Source of the DNA: Convolutriloba macropyga
Lineage: Eukaryota
Length of the DNA: 64,000 nucleotides
Assembly (NCBI RefSeq): GCF_964194025.1
Contig: NC_134475.1
Span: 17,546,001-17,610,000 of the forward strand
Direction: 5' to 3'
Below, one piece after another: positions 37,048 to 49,402 of the stretch. A model generated the notes under the pieces. The model searched no databases, had not been told where the DNA came from, and saw only the letters and a program-made list of their open reading frames with translations. The position numbers and the translations under genes are program-made. How positions within the stretch are numbered: the first letter of the stretch is position 1; the number at the start of each line of letters is the position of its first letter.

Positions 37048-37699
37048 TTGCTACCTTTGTTCCCCCTGACAAAAATGTGCGCGGTGTGATCAAATAAGTA
37101 TTGAACCATTATCGTGCTCAGCTAACCGACTAGAAAAACGCGGCTTTGTAGATGATGAAAGGAGACACAGCTAGAAATTGATAATTTACGAGCCCGTTTT
37201 GTGGTCAATTTATCGGCTAATTTAGCGTTATGCTTGCGATGTGTGAGAATAGTCTGAAAAGTAATTCGTGCTGCTAAGTAGTGGCAACTTGATAAGGGAA
37301 ATAATAGAGGAAATATTTGTTCACCTGTAAACGAATTGGCGAAGTATGTAGCTGTGTGTATCTATATATGCACTGCTCTTACAAGATACTAACCCCAGCT
37401 AAGTGTCTAAGATTGTTCGTCTGTGTTGAGTTACTGGGACGGGCTAATTGCTGATTTTGCGGGTTCCCGAGTTTTATCTGGTTAAAGTTATTTATATTCA
37501 ATTAAATTTGAAAAATACCTACGTTGCTTTCACCACTTTTTAGAACGCGTGGTCTCATGTTTTTCTGTAAATGAAAGATTATTTGTGAAATATTTAGAGA
37601 AATGGTGATCTAATTAAGGTGTTCACGGCTTTGTTGCCTTTGTTCCTGTTAGTTCACAGCAATTCCGTGGCTTGTCCTTTTAGCCCAAAATTAGAGTAA

Positions 37700-38650
37700 C
37701 TAGTCGGTCGTAGGGATTGTTTCTTTTTACAGGGAATAGCCAAATGATTGAACTAGTTGGCAATGTTGTGTGTGCGTGCGTGTGCGTGTAAGTCTCTACT
37801 GAATATACGTATGTGTGCCTAAAACATGAGTGAATGCGTGGGCTTAGAGTATAAAATGTAAGAATGACGAGGGGGTAAAATAAGTATGCTTCCTTATATT
37901 CCATTTCCTTCCCCAATACCCAATTTTTCCCTGGTTTTTTGAAATATTTTTCAAACCCGCTCACCTTTCGCTGCTATCTTTTGCCCATTTAAGCCCACAT
38001 TGCTTTTAAATTTTGGTGGCCCGTGGCCGGCTTTGTATTACTCGATACTGTTCCCTAGAGCGCTTACATACACATACTGCAATACTTCCGCCCGCTTTCA
38101 AAGCCCCCCTTTCTACCTATCACTCTAACTGCGTACCCCCGCAAACCCTACCTCGCATCCGTACACTAGAACAGCAGCAGCAGAAACAACAGAAGAAGTA
38201 GAGGTATTAGTTGTGGTTGTGGTACCACTACTCTCACTACTACTACTAGTAGTAGTCTATTTTTTTCTCTTCTTGCTGTTCCAATATTTCTGGGGTACTC
38301 TTAATTTTAAATGCATCAAATTTAGTACAGTAAAGTATAAAGCGCGTTTGCGAATAACCTCCCCCTCCTTCCTTGTGGAAAAACAGTAGATAGAAAGAAG
38401 GAAAAAAGAGGAAAAAGATAGAGAAAAAGAGTTGCGCGCTCCCCATATATTATTAATAAAAGGCTATGTGCATATCTAGCGCACAATTCTACCGTTACTT
38501 CTATACTACGTACCACTACCATCTATATCTATCTATCTATCTATCAAGTATATTCTAGTACTACCATTACTAGTACTACTTCGACTATTGTTACTTTATA
38601 TCGCTCGTATGCCGTGCCGTGTGTGCATTGTATCTCCTTCATGTGAAAGT
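37700..38650 (+). promoter_or_regulatory. Candidate promoter / non-coding first exon of the GRK gene
   Basis: Locally GC/CpG-richer, non-TE-like sequence; overlapping ETS-like ACTTCCG (38084-38090) and GC-box CCGCCC (38088-38093); (CAG)n, (CTA)n and (TATC)n tracts; possible donor GAG|GTATTA at 38203/38204. Confidence 0.35.
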
Positions 38651-41600
38651 GGGAAAAAACGCATCAAAATGGGACGGTTGAATTATCTTGAACTGAAACT
38701 ACGCACATTTTCCTCTTCAAATATCGCTTTTCCCAACTGAGGCGTTCTCATTGTTGTAAATGACAATTTATATGAAGCAAAATCGGTTGGCATAATTAAA
38801 CGCTTTGTATTAATTCCCACTTTATCCCAGAATAAACTATTGATGCTGACTTAATTGCCCCTAGAAGACTGTTATACCTTTCTAAATTATCTAAATTAGT
38901 TGCCAAATTAAACGCTTATTTTTTAAACAATCAAAAGAATTATTTTGTTTCTCAATTATAACGTCAGTATATTGACATCCTGTTGAAGCAACAATTTATT
39001 TTGCACCAGCAACCAAATTTTTACTCGTTCACGCTTTATCATCCTAATATACCAACTAAACTCATTGTTAGTTTGAAGGAACAGTTTGTTGCGAAACATC
39101 ATCTGTTTATTTATCTAGCGTCGCTAATATCAATGTATTCAATTTATTGACACTCTCAGGCTAGTTGTCTGTGTAGAATCATTTATGACAAGGTTTGTCG
39201 TCTGTTTACGTATCCATCTATCTATCATCTTTACGTATTTCATTCCATCGACGCTTTGCTATTTCGTCGAATTGAGAGCGGATGCGCTTCATATGCGTGG
39301 GATTGATTGATCGATGATTCATTTCCACGCATTTTTTCCCCGAGTGCTATGAAATTACTTAGTGCTGTTCTTGGTACATTTTACCAATTTCATAAATAAT
39401 TTATGAAGCAGTTTTAGTGCGTTTATGGATTCGGTTTACAATGAAGTTTGCGGGATAGTTACGGATTTATACGTTTTATGTAACAATTTTTACTCATCAG
39501 TTTATTAGCGCAAAAATATTGCGTGACTTTATGCAGTAGCCAGTAAAATGGCATTTTTATGGTCTGCGATTGCTTCACCTGTTTATTTTCTCTGCGATAT
39601 TACTGGGGCAACTACAGCAATAAATTGTTATTTATTGCTCTCAAATAAAACAAATTATAGCCCTTAAGTTTTTCGGTTCTGGTGTTTTTTTTTCAATCCT
39701 CTGTTTGTCTGGCTGATTACTTACTGTAAACACAAATTTGGAATTACTTGTCCCGCTGTCCTTTTTGATGCATTTTTTGTCAAAATATTTTATCTGACCA
39801 TTTTAGTATTTCATGGAAAGAAATGGTATAAACTGATAAAGCTCAAAGGTTAAATGAAGTGTAATTTGTTAACATAAAGTTATCCAGTCAAAATTGTGCA
39901 AACTGTACTGTTGCTGAGAAAACTCACCGTATGATGTGAATTTTCAAAAGCTCGCAAGCGTGATTGTGTTGTTTTTTTTGCATGTGGCGTTGTCATTGAT
40001 CAAACGGGTACGGTGACACAAGATCTCTGGAGAACAATTTTTGGGACGAGGCAACTTATAGATTACTTCATAAAAACTAATAAAGTTTTTGTAAGGTTTT
40101 TTGTTATTATCGTTCCGTTCTCCTCGTCCTCTTGGTGTCTAAGTTTCTGTTTTGTCTATCCTGGGCTAGGTTATTTTTGAACGAAAACACAAACATCACA
40201 CTTAACTGTTTAGGGGTCTGAACTCGTATAGAACTTTCAAGATAGGCTTGTTCAGTATAGTAAGTAGTTGACTTTGGTTCAAGTCAAATTTTGATTTTGA
40301 ATGGATTCGATTTGAGTTTCAGGCTGTGTTTCATTGCGTCAACAAGTCAACTTTCACTTCAAATCACCTATTTCTCATTATTTAGTTGTGTGCATAACAT
40401 CTTCTGGATATTCGCTTGAAATTTTTTGGTCACACTTGGCGTATCCTACTCTCGAAATGACTTTTGGTTTACGTTTGGTAGATGTAAGGTGAGGTGAAGG
40501 TTATTTGAGGGACATAGTTAAAAACAATACAAGTTAAACGAAATTTATGAAGCTCTAGCAGATGCTTTCTGGAAGCTTTGTTATCAAAGTTTGCCGTGTG
40601 TATTTTCTATATCGGGTCGTTAGATACTGAATTTTTTTCAATTAAACGAGGCAATATCTGTTGGTCCATTGAACATTATTAGAAACTGAACCTGACCGGT
40701 TGCTTTCAAATTTTCACGCTTGGTTTCTTGATTTTTGCGTAATCTGAATTGCTCTCATTCTCAATTAAACCTGGTAATTTGAGTTCTTAATTTGATAATT
40801 TGAGTTTTTAATGAAACTTTATATCTTAGAAGTGGTCTAAAATCTGTTCTAATACCAATATTTGAAGTAGTGACCTCTTATTCATGTAACTCTTATTTTA
40901 CTCCATACTCCTTAGTGATATTATCACCCGGGTAGGTGCAATTGACCACCGCCTGTCATTTGTGAGAAGTTGGACCAAGAGTCGGATATGTTGTTTTGCG
41001 TTCTTTCGATAAATATTCCTTTGACTTATCTTTTTTGGAGTCGGCCTAAGCTGTCTGATTGAAGCCTCTCTCTAAATATTTTTTTTGGATGCGCAAAAAA
41101 TTTGAGCTTTAAATTAACGGGAATATTCTTTTTTTTTGCAAAATAAAAATCGTTCTAGTCATTAGATCTCCTCAGTGAGTACAAAAAGTCTTTTACAAAC
41201 TTGAGACGTATGTTGGGACATTCTGTGCTACAGTCTCGCGCAGTCATCTATTTTTATTCTGCGCAGTCTCTTCCTTTTGGGTCTAGAATTTGAAAATATT
41301 GGGATGAGGGATTTGTTTTGTCGTTTTTAATTGCTCTCAAACGAACTTTGTAGCAATTATATTAATCCTGTCGGTTTTATGCGATTTTTCGCTTGACTGA
41401 TTTTTTGTCTGACGCTTTTGACTTTTCGTCCTTAAAACGGGATGAACAGGTAGCGCCTAGCGGGTATTCTGCTCTTAGAGCCATTCAGCTCAAACTGTTT
41501 TGGAGATTTATACTTATGTTGTGACGGGCGGTTCTTAGTGGTTGACGAGACCCCCGCTGTTGACACCCCCCCCCCTGACTTCTTTTTCAGGACGCCTAGT

Positions 41601-44600
41601 TTGATGAACTTGACCAACTTCCCCCCGATGTTTAAGATAGCTCTCTCTATTAAATTGATTACGTGTTGAATACCTTGTGTGAATACTGCGCCAAATTTTT
41701 GGCACCAAGATTTAGCTTTTCGAGGAGCGATGTATCCCCATTTAAATCCTCGTCAATTCGATTTTGCGAATTCCCCACTTTGGAGAAATTTAATGATAAG
41801 TTGTTCTATTACTTCGCCATTTACGTATTACATTCATTGTGTACCTTAGTTTTGAGACAATATTATAATCAACTTTACTCTTGTCATAAGTAATGTTTTC
41901 TCAGCTTGCGCCATAAAAGCAAAATTGTTCTAGGAACTGTTGGATCCGTTTTTACAACAGCTGTTTTAAAGAGTTTTTGTTGGGACATTGTATTGAGTAG
42001 CCTGTCAAGAGATGCAATAATTTAGATCAAGCTTTGGTAGCCATTAATTCATGTACCAAATTTTTTGTGAAATACTTTCTATCATACCTTGTGGTTGAGA
42101 TGGTGATTAGCAACATTGAACGCTAAATTTTTTGAAGCATTGACATGTCTGACCTTCACGGGGTTACTAGTTTTACTAATTGATCAAACTTGAATGCTAT
42201 ATACGTTTCGATTAAGTTTCAGTGGAACTATGTTCTGAGTAGTTTTTTCGCTCATTTTTGATTTTTCGATATTTTCGTATTAAGTTGAGAGTGGTAGCAT
42301 CGGAAAGCCCGTCAATTGCAGAATTCTTTAATGCTGCTGTTTTTGTGGAGTTTTGGCCCTAGCTTAACATTCGTTGGTTGGAACCTGTTTTTCCTTTAGA
42401 CTATGATAACGCGTGTTATCTTATTAACTGTAGTTTTCATATCCTAATAGGAATTGCGACTCCATTACTATTAAAATATATCACTAAAAACAGGCCCAGT
42501 AATGTGCGTTTGATGTAGACAAAACGGGTATAACAGAAACGAAGGATCTGTCGAATCGATGAGAAAGTAAAATTTATAAAGCAAGCAAGTTGCAACTGCT
42601 TTGTGTTCCTAATTTTTTCAGAAGTTTCTGTTAGAAAGCAATAGCTATAAAATAACGTTTTTAATTAACATTTTTGATGTTTTTATTATAAAATCCATCA
42701 AAAATAAACGGTCAAACGGTCTACATATTTAACATTGAAACTGTAGATTCAGTTTCATAACTTTGAAAACTTTAGATTAGTGTTTTGTGATTTTTGCAGA
42801 CCTTCGGTATAGCTCTGAAGTTGTAAGCTGGGCGTAGCTATATTGTGCTCTTTGAGTGTTTTGTTTCGTTCGAAGGTCAATTTGCGTTTTACATTTGTTT
42901 GTTCTAGTACATACTTTTGCTTTAATTTTTCCGTGCATTTTTCACGCTTGATTTCATGCTTTTGGGTTATTTTATTTAAATTGGCTTTCAAAGGCCTGGT
43001 AAGGACTCTGACCGTTATCCGGGGGATCACCATTGTTCAAATGTCCCTTGTTGAAAGCTTTAACACCCAAAAAGATAACGTTTCTCTAGGACACACTGCC
43101 TCTGAGTTAAATGCCCCACCTGTCGTGACTAGATTTTGATCAGGTGTGACTTATTCACTCAACAAAATGATAATTACACTTTAAAAGCTTTATTTTACTC
43201 TTGAAACTTAAAGATATAGTTTTCTTAGGATGTGAAGATATATTTTTCAACTCATTTCTTTATCTTTTTCTACCAGTAGTTTACGGCATTAAAGTCTATT
43301 TCGCAGCTATTCCGCAATCCGGTGTTTGTTTTGGTGTGAAAAACTATCACAATCTGTGTGCAGTTAAATAAGCGAAAATTGAATAAAGCAAGCACATATA
43401 AGCAATCAAAATTATTAGAAGGCAGCTTGCCTTATAAGAATTTTTTGCAGTGACCTCTTTGCTATGGGGGCAACTGCGCTCGTTCATAGTGTTGAAATAT
43501 CGTAGAAATTGTTACCATTTTAATTAGGTATTTTTGAGAGTTTCTTGCATGTTTTATGCAGATGTAGCTACACAAAGTTTCTTTAGCTTGCTTGTAAACA
43601 GAAAATTTGGAAAATAATATCAGTATATTCAGAAACCATTATGTTCGCAGCACAAAATATGGCAAATGGAACTACTGATTTTTATTCTCCAAGCAAAATT
43701 CAAGCTCCAGAGAGCGAAAAGTCATTTTCATCTTCATTGTCCTTTTGTATCCTTTTCGAAGTTTTTCATAACTAGCGCATAGCTAGGAACAACTGAAGTA
43801 ATGCAGAAAGCCTTCGAAATTATGTTTTGTGTTTACGACAACCTGTGAAACAACAGAACGGCGAATGTCTCGCACATTAAACGTTTCAGGGTGTCGTTAC
43901 AACGCTCAGTTGAATATGCCACTTGCTTGTGTCACAGAGATATCCTAATATTAAAGATAAGATTTTTTGAAATTGTCTTGCAATTGTTTTGCCTCCATGA
44001 AATATGAGAATCAAATAAATAATACGTGTAGCTTGTCGTAAATTAACTTGACTTTTGTTCTGAGAAAAAATTCTTAGGTTTGACTAAAAGGACGTTTAAT
44101 TTTTTGGAAACTTTTTGTGTTTTTTTCAAGTCTTACGTTTTCCGCAATTGAATAAGATTGTAAACAAACGCAATATTTTAAGAGGATCAAAGGTGATGTC
44201 CAAAAGTGTCAAAACAGATGCAAAGTTTCTAAAATTGAGATAGAATGGCTGGAATCTTTTCCACTTCTGAGCCCCAATAAATCTGCTAGATACTGAAAGA
44301 GCAAAAAAGTCTTCATATAGATGTTTTAGAACTTTGGCGTTGCTCCAAAGGATATTTCTTGAAACAAAATGGACAAAATATTATCTTGATTATTTTGATT
44401 AGGATTATTTTGAATAAATTTTCCGAATTGGTTTTCAATTATCGAAAATGTGTATCATTTTTGTGATCATTTCCGACAGTCGAATCGGTCTGGCTATCAT
44501 AACTAATTTTAATATAATTTAGCAAAAAACGAGCAGCGAAATTAAATTAAAGAAAAATACTTTCAATTTATATTGTCATCTGCAAAATTGCATCTGCAAA

Positions 44601-46270
44601 ATTGCAGCTGAACTTCTGGTAGGGATAAGAGATTTTTGGAATTTAACAGCAACACTGTTTTTATCAGTTGTATGCAAATAGATTTTTTAAAATTCAGGCT
44701 GATTCTTTTCAGCAGTAGTTTTGTAGTCGTCTATTTTCCTAGTGCAGTTATCAAGCCCGCATAAGTTGTTCTAGTTGATCCTTGAAAACTTAACTTTTCT
44801 TTTAAAAATATTGCTTTGAAGAACATTCATCCGCTCTCTTCTTACACGTTCAGTTTCATGACAGATACACTGACATATGCATCTCAACTGTGACAAGGTT
44901 TATTATAAATTTTTTGGAATCTAATGGCGAACAGCTTATCTAAACTCGAGTATGAAAATTTTTTCCTGAGCAAATTTTGTATGAAAATTAATTTTTACCG
45001 CAATCTTTAAAGTAGATCTTCTATGCGATGTCTTGACTTAGTTTTTTAGCTGTTGAATACTAAGTGCTTCTATTAATAGTGCGATAGGGATAAAGGGCTT
45101 TGCTTTAAAATTATTTGACTCAAATTTCTTTTTTCACCAATTGTCAGTAAGTACTAAGAAAGACCGTATCCCATTGTATCTCTTAAACATGTTCTCGCAT
45201 TTTAATTTTCCTGGGTTTTGTTTAACACAAATTAAACTTCAGTTCTCGCAAAATTTTTGGGTTAAACACTGAAATTTTCTGAAAATTAAAACACTAAAGT
45301 TTCTAAAATTTTTAACCGCTTTTGAAGAAGTGTGATTTAATTGAAATACACTCTTCATAAAAAGAGGAAAGGTGACGTTTTAGTCGTCTCTTTACAACCG
45401 TTGGCGAGTAACGAAATTTAAAATAGTATCACCAAAATTTTTTTCATTAGAAAGATGCAATAATGCTTAATCTCTTTTCAATTCAAGTGCTTTGCTGATA
45501 ACGCCTTACGGTGTAAAGCGCCTTTTTTAAAAGTTTCTTATTTGTTAATCAACATTGTGCCAAAGAATTTAATTGGCTAAAAACTTTTATGTTTGTACAG
45601 CTGCTTGTCTTGACGTTTGTGAACGAAAGACACTGCCAACCACAATTTTTTAACCACAATTTTTTATTTTTCTTTGGAACTCTTTTCGAAATTGCTGAGC
45701 TTCAAAGGCTTCTTGAAAGATTTTGGCCAAAATAATTATATTCGTATTGATAGTCTTCTGATGAAATAGAGCAATTTTTTACGGGCCATCCAAAAATAAT
45801 GTTTGATTCCGTGAATTGGAGGATTCTGGATGTTTTTAGTTGTTGGAGCATTTTTATGCATGCTTCAACCATCAAATGTATTTTGATAGGCACTATTCGG
45901 GTATTCAGAGTGAGTGAAAAGTGGAAAACAATTTCTGTTGTGATCAAGTGATTGAGCGCAGTCAATGCTATCTATCAACGACAATTTTTTTTTTGAAACT
46001 TTATAATAGTATTGCATTATAGTAGTAATTCTAGACTTTTAACCCTCGCAGTGTAAAGTATTGGCAACATTAGGCGTAATTGTCAACATATTTTTTAAAA
46101 AAATGATCACTTTGATTCTTTGAAAATTGTGCAAGCTTTTTGCAGCTCGTTGATTTAAAAATGTAAACATAGTTTCAATAGCCCGCCTTTTATGCTGTCA
46201 AATACGAATGTGGGACAACTCTGTACCACGCACAGAGTCATGCGAGCCTTCTTGTTTACAATGGTTGTTC

Positions 46271-46294
46271 ACTCTTAATTTTTGTATGTTTCAG
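46271..46294 (+). promoter_or_regulatory. Probable splice acceptor for the exon carrying the GRK start codon
   Basis: cttaatttttgtatgtttcag| (T-rich tract plus TTTCAG) 680 nt upstream of the ATG, followed by non-repetitive sequence. Confidence 0.5.
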
Positions 46295-46298
46295 GGGA

Positions 46299-46367
46299 AT
46301 GGATGCGATGGTTGAAGACATCGATAACCGAAAGTCGAAATTGGAAGACATCGAAAAATATCGATAA
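46299..46367 (+). other. Candidate uORF, 22 aa, MDAMVEDIDNRKSKLEDIEKYR
   Basis: ATG 4 nt after the acceptor, in good context (GGAATGG); contains a GAAGACATCGA direct repeat. Confidence 0.3.
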
Positions 46368-46974
46368 CCGACTATTAATATTGATATGACCGGACTCAGT
46401 GAAAGTTGGAAACTGGTAGCTTTATACGGACGCTTTTGCCCATCCAATCACTTAATCATGATAACCATCAGCAGTACTAGTGTTTATTAGCTTCCTTGTT
46501 GTGAGCGCAATGTGCTTACCATTAGCTTGACCGGTCATTCAACAAACTCCTTCACGCCGTCCAAGTGATCAATTGTGACACAGTCTTCTATCTGTTTGTC
46601 TATTTACATCTTTTACAAGTAACCTCCTCTTAATTGTCATTATTTTGTACTGTAGCAATCTGATTTGTTTCAAATAGCTTCAATCTGAGTCTATTCTTTG
46701 TATTTTATGAATCGTTAGTCGATAACTGTGATCTTATCTTTGTAAACTTGTAGATTTATCTTGTCATTTGATCATTAGCTTGTTTATTATTAGCAATATC
46801 GGTGACATTTTGCGACAACTTAGAGGTCAATCTGCCGTGTACACACTCAATTTCGCAATTCTCAGTAAACTTTGCACCAAAAGTGTGCTGCGTCCTTAGT
46901 TTTACCTTAATTTAGTTTATTATTTGTACTAGTTACAGTTATAACTGTTATAACTACCGGCAGCAGCAGTAAAA

Positions 46975-47662
46975 ATGGCTGATTTAGAAGCAGTATTAGC
47001 AGATGTGAGCTATCTGATGGCTATGGAGAAATCCAAGAGCACTCCAGCAGCTCGAGCCAGCAAAAAAATTATCCTACCGGATCCTCAGATTAGATGCGTA
47101 ATGCATAAATACCTCACTCAGCGCAACGAAATAACATTTGAGAAGATATTCAACCAGAAAATAGGTTTCCTTCTCATGAAAGACTTTTGTAGTAAAAACT
47201 TAGAATTATCGCTGCAGAGAATTGAGTTTTATGAAGATATTTTGAATTATCAGAGCACGCATTGTGATGAAGAGCGTGAAAAGATTACTCGTAAGATGTA
47301 CGATAAGCATATTATGACAGAGTTAATTTGTGTGACGTATGCCTACTCAGAAGAGGCCCTGAACCACATCAAAGAAGAGCTGAGCAAAAACCAGGTCCCC
47401 TCTACGGAGCTATTTAACGTTTATATTGAAGAAATCAAAAAATCCCTCGAAACAGAAGCTTACGGCCCTTTCCTCAAAAGTGAACAGTTTACTCGATTTC
47501 TACAATGGAAAAACGTCGAGTTAAACATCCAGCTTTCAATGAGCGACTTTTCAGTCCACAGAATTATTGGAAGGGGTGGTTTTGGGGAGGTTTACGGGGC
47601 TAGGAAAGCAGACACTGGAAAGATGTACGCCATGAAATGTCTAGACAAGAAGAGAATAAAAG
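46975..47662 (+). CDS. GRK2: G protein-coupled receptor kinase 2/3 orthologue (beta-ARK type), first coding exon: N-terminal helix, RH domain and start of kinase domain (aa 1-229)
   Basis: [21 protein letters not shown]...[17 protein letters not shown] and [13 protein letters not shown]...[38 protein letters not shown] are diagnostic of the GRK2/3 subfamily. Strong donor AAG|GTAGGT after 47662 (phase 1); the ORF-track extension to 47694 is intronic. Confidence 0.97.
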
Positions 47663-48679
47663 GTAGGTGTGGCCAGTTTTTTAAATTCGATTAAGCTTGC
47701 TTGGGGTAATGGTTGTATAAATGCCGACTTTATTTTTAAATCTGCTCTTTCAATTTAGTCCCCTTCATCGTCGTGCTTAGGGCTAAATTCACTGCGGTCA
47801 TTACTGCCTTAGTATTTTAGAAATATTTCAATCTCGACTATTTTTGTTTGTTCAGATCGAGAAATGCTCTCATTGGCAGGTCGATGAAGAATTTTTTCTA
47901 ATATTCAATAAATTTGCTTCGCGTTTAACTTTATAATGCAGTAAGCTCTAATTAATTTTTCTGTGGTCTTTTTGGCCTGTTTTTACTGTAATTTCAGTTG
48001 TGGAAAGTTTGCCTTTTAATAGTTGGAAAATGAAACATGAAGGAAAAACGTGACATTTTGTAGCATGTTTGAAGCTTGATAACGATGCATAATGAATTTG
48101 ATCCATAAATTTTTAATTAACAGAAACCACCGGACAAAAATTAAAACATTTTGTTTGCCTATTTGTCTTTTTGGAGAAAGAACTTTATAAAACACTTTAT
48201 AAAACCGGTTACTACTTTTTCATGCTTCAACGAAAATCGTATTGTTGGAAATTAACTAAATTCTTCGGCTGTTTCGCGCAAAATTAAGGAAGCGCTGTGC
48301 TCGAATAAAAGTGATTCCAATAATAATAAAAATGTGTCAGAGAAATTGTGAGGCGAAAATTACATGAATTGCGCTATAAATTCACGAAGTTGGAATAGCA
48401 TTAATTCAAATCGAATGTCACTCAAACCTGTGTAAGAAACTTTTCAGTGTATTGAAAATGAGCATCAACTGTTTTCTGGAGTTGGACTAATGGATACTAT
48501 TCAGAGGGCCAAAATAGATTGTTGAAAGATGCGGCTTCCCTGATCAATTGATTGGCAAAAACTAATTCTCCATATCGAAACCAAAAAACAACTCGCATGT
48601 TAGGTTGTATAAAAATGGGTTTAAGTCTTTCATGACCCCTCTGTCATATTTTCAAGTGGCTCAAAAATGAGGCAATTAT

Positions 48680-49040
48680 CGGATGTATACTGAACGGCAA
48701 AATTTTGAGGCAATAGTACTCTAACTTAAAATCAGCTTTTGAAAACAATTTTCGCACCATTGATGCACTACACTATTCCTCTCGCCTACCTATGACATTC
48801 AGATGAAACGCAACGTTTACTTGTAAAGTTGATGAACTCAATACAAGTTTCATAGTCAAACGTTGAGTTTTATCTGAATTTCGGAGGTAGGCGAGAGGAC
48901 TAGTGCATAGAATCAAGGGTGCAAAAATTGTTTCCGAAGTTTGATTTTAAACTTATGTAATATTGTCTCAGAATTTGAATTTTTCGTTATTTGAATGTTT
49001 TGGGTGCTAACTTAATTTTACCGTTCAGTATATATTCGGA
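48680..49040. repeat. ~360-bp imperfect palindrome (foldback MITE-like) in the GRK intron
   Basis: Paired arms: tactgaacgg/ccgttcagta, aattttgaggcaata/tattgtctcagaatt, aaacaattttcgcacc/ggtgcaaaaattgttt, cctctcgcctacct/aggtaggcgagagg and aacgttt/aaacgtt. Confidence 0.85.
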
Positions 49041-49271
49041 AAATCAATTTATTGGCTTCACTCAAATGCTGAAAAATAGTCAATGCCACTTCACCGAGAA
49101 CACATGGTTTAAGATATTATTTTACTTTTTTGTCAAGTGCTTAGTGAACCCTTTTGATTTTTCGTCCTGAGAAATGAGATAAACAGGTAACGCCTGGAGT
49201 GCATTAAGTGCTCATAGAGCCTTTCGGCTTACTAGACTAAGTTCGCGATTCACCGAAACTGTTTTGACATG

Positions 49272-49402
49272 TTAAATAAGATTTTCTCATTTTTTCTATA
49301 AATGCTTTTTATCAAACGGTAGACGAAATTATCTGAGGGCCTTCACATCTTAAATAAGATTTTCTCTATATATGATTTTATCAAACGGTCGACGAAATTA
49401 TC
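49272..49402. repeat. Short direct duplication (~80-bp period)
   Basis: ttaaataagattttctc...tttatcaaacggt.gacgaaattatc occurs twice. Confidence 0.7.

Noticed and set aside
39900-42480. Possible very old minus-strand LINE (NNLSLNFSK, MLPLS..IEK, YSTRN)
   Set aside because: Scattered weak motifs only; needs a profile search.
43400-44900. Possible hAT transposase remnant (YDN...CLCH..., LLSP)
   Set aside because: Suggestive spacing but no TIR/TSD, and heavy decay.
47663-47694. C-terminal [10 protein letters not shown] of the 239-aa ORF as a truncated GRK
   Set aside because: Homology stops exactly at a consensus donor AAG|GTAGGT; this is read-through into the intron.
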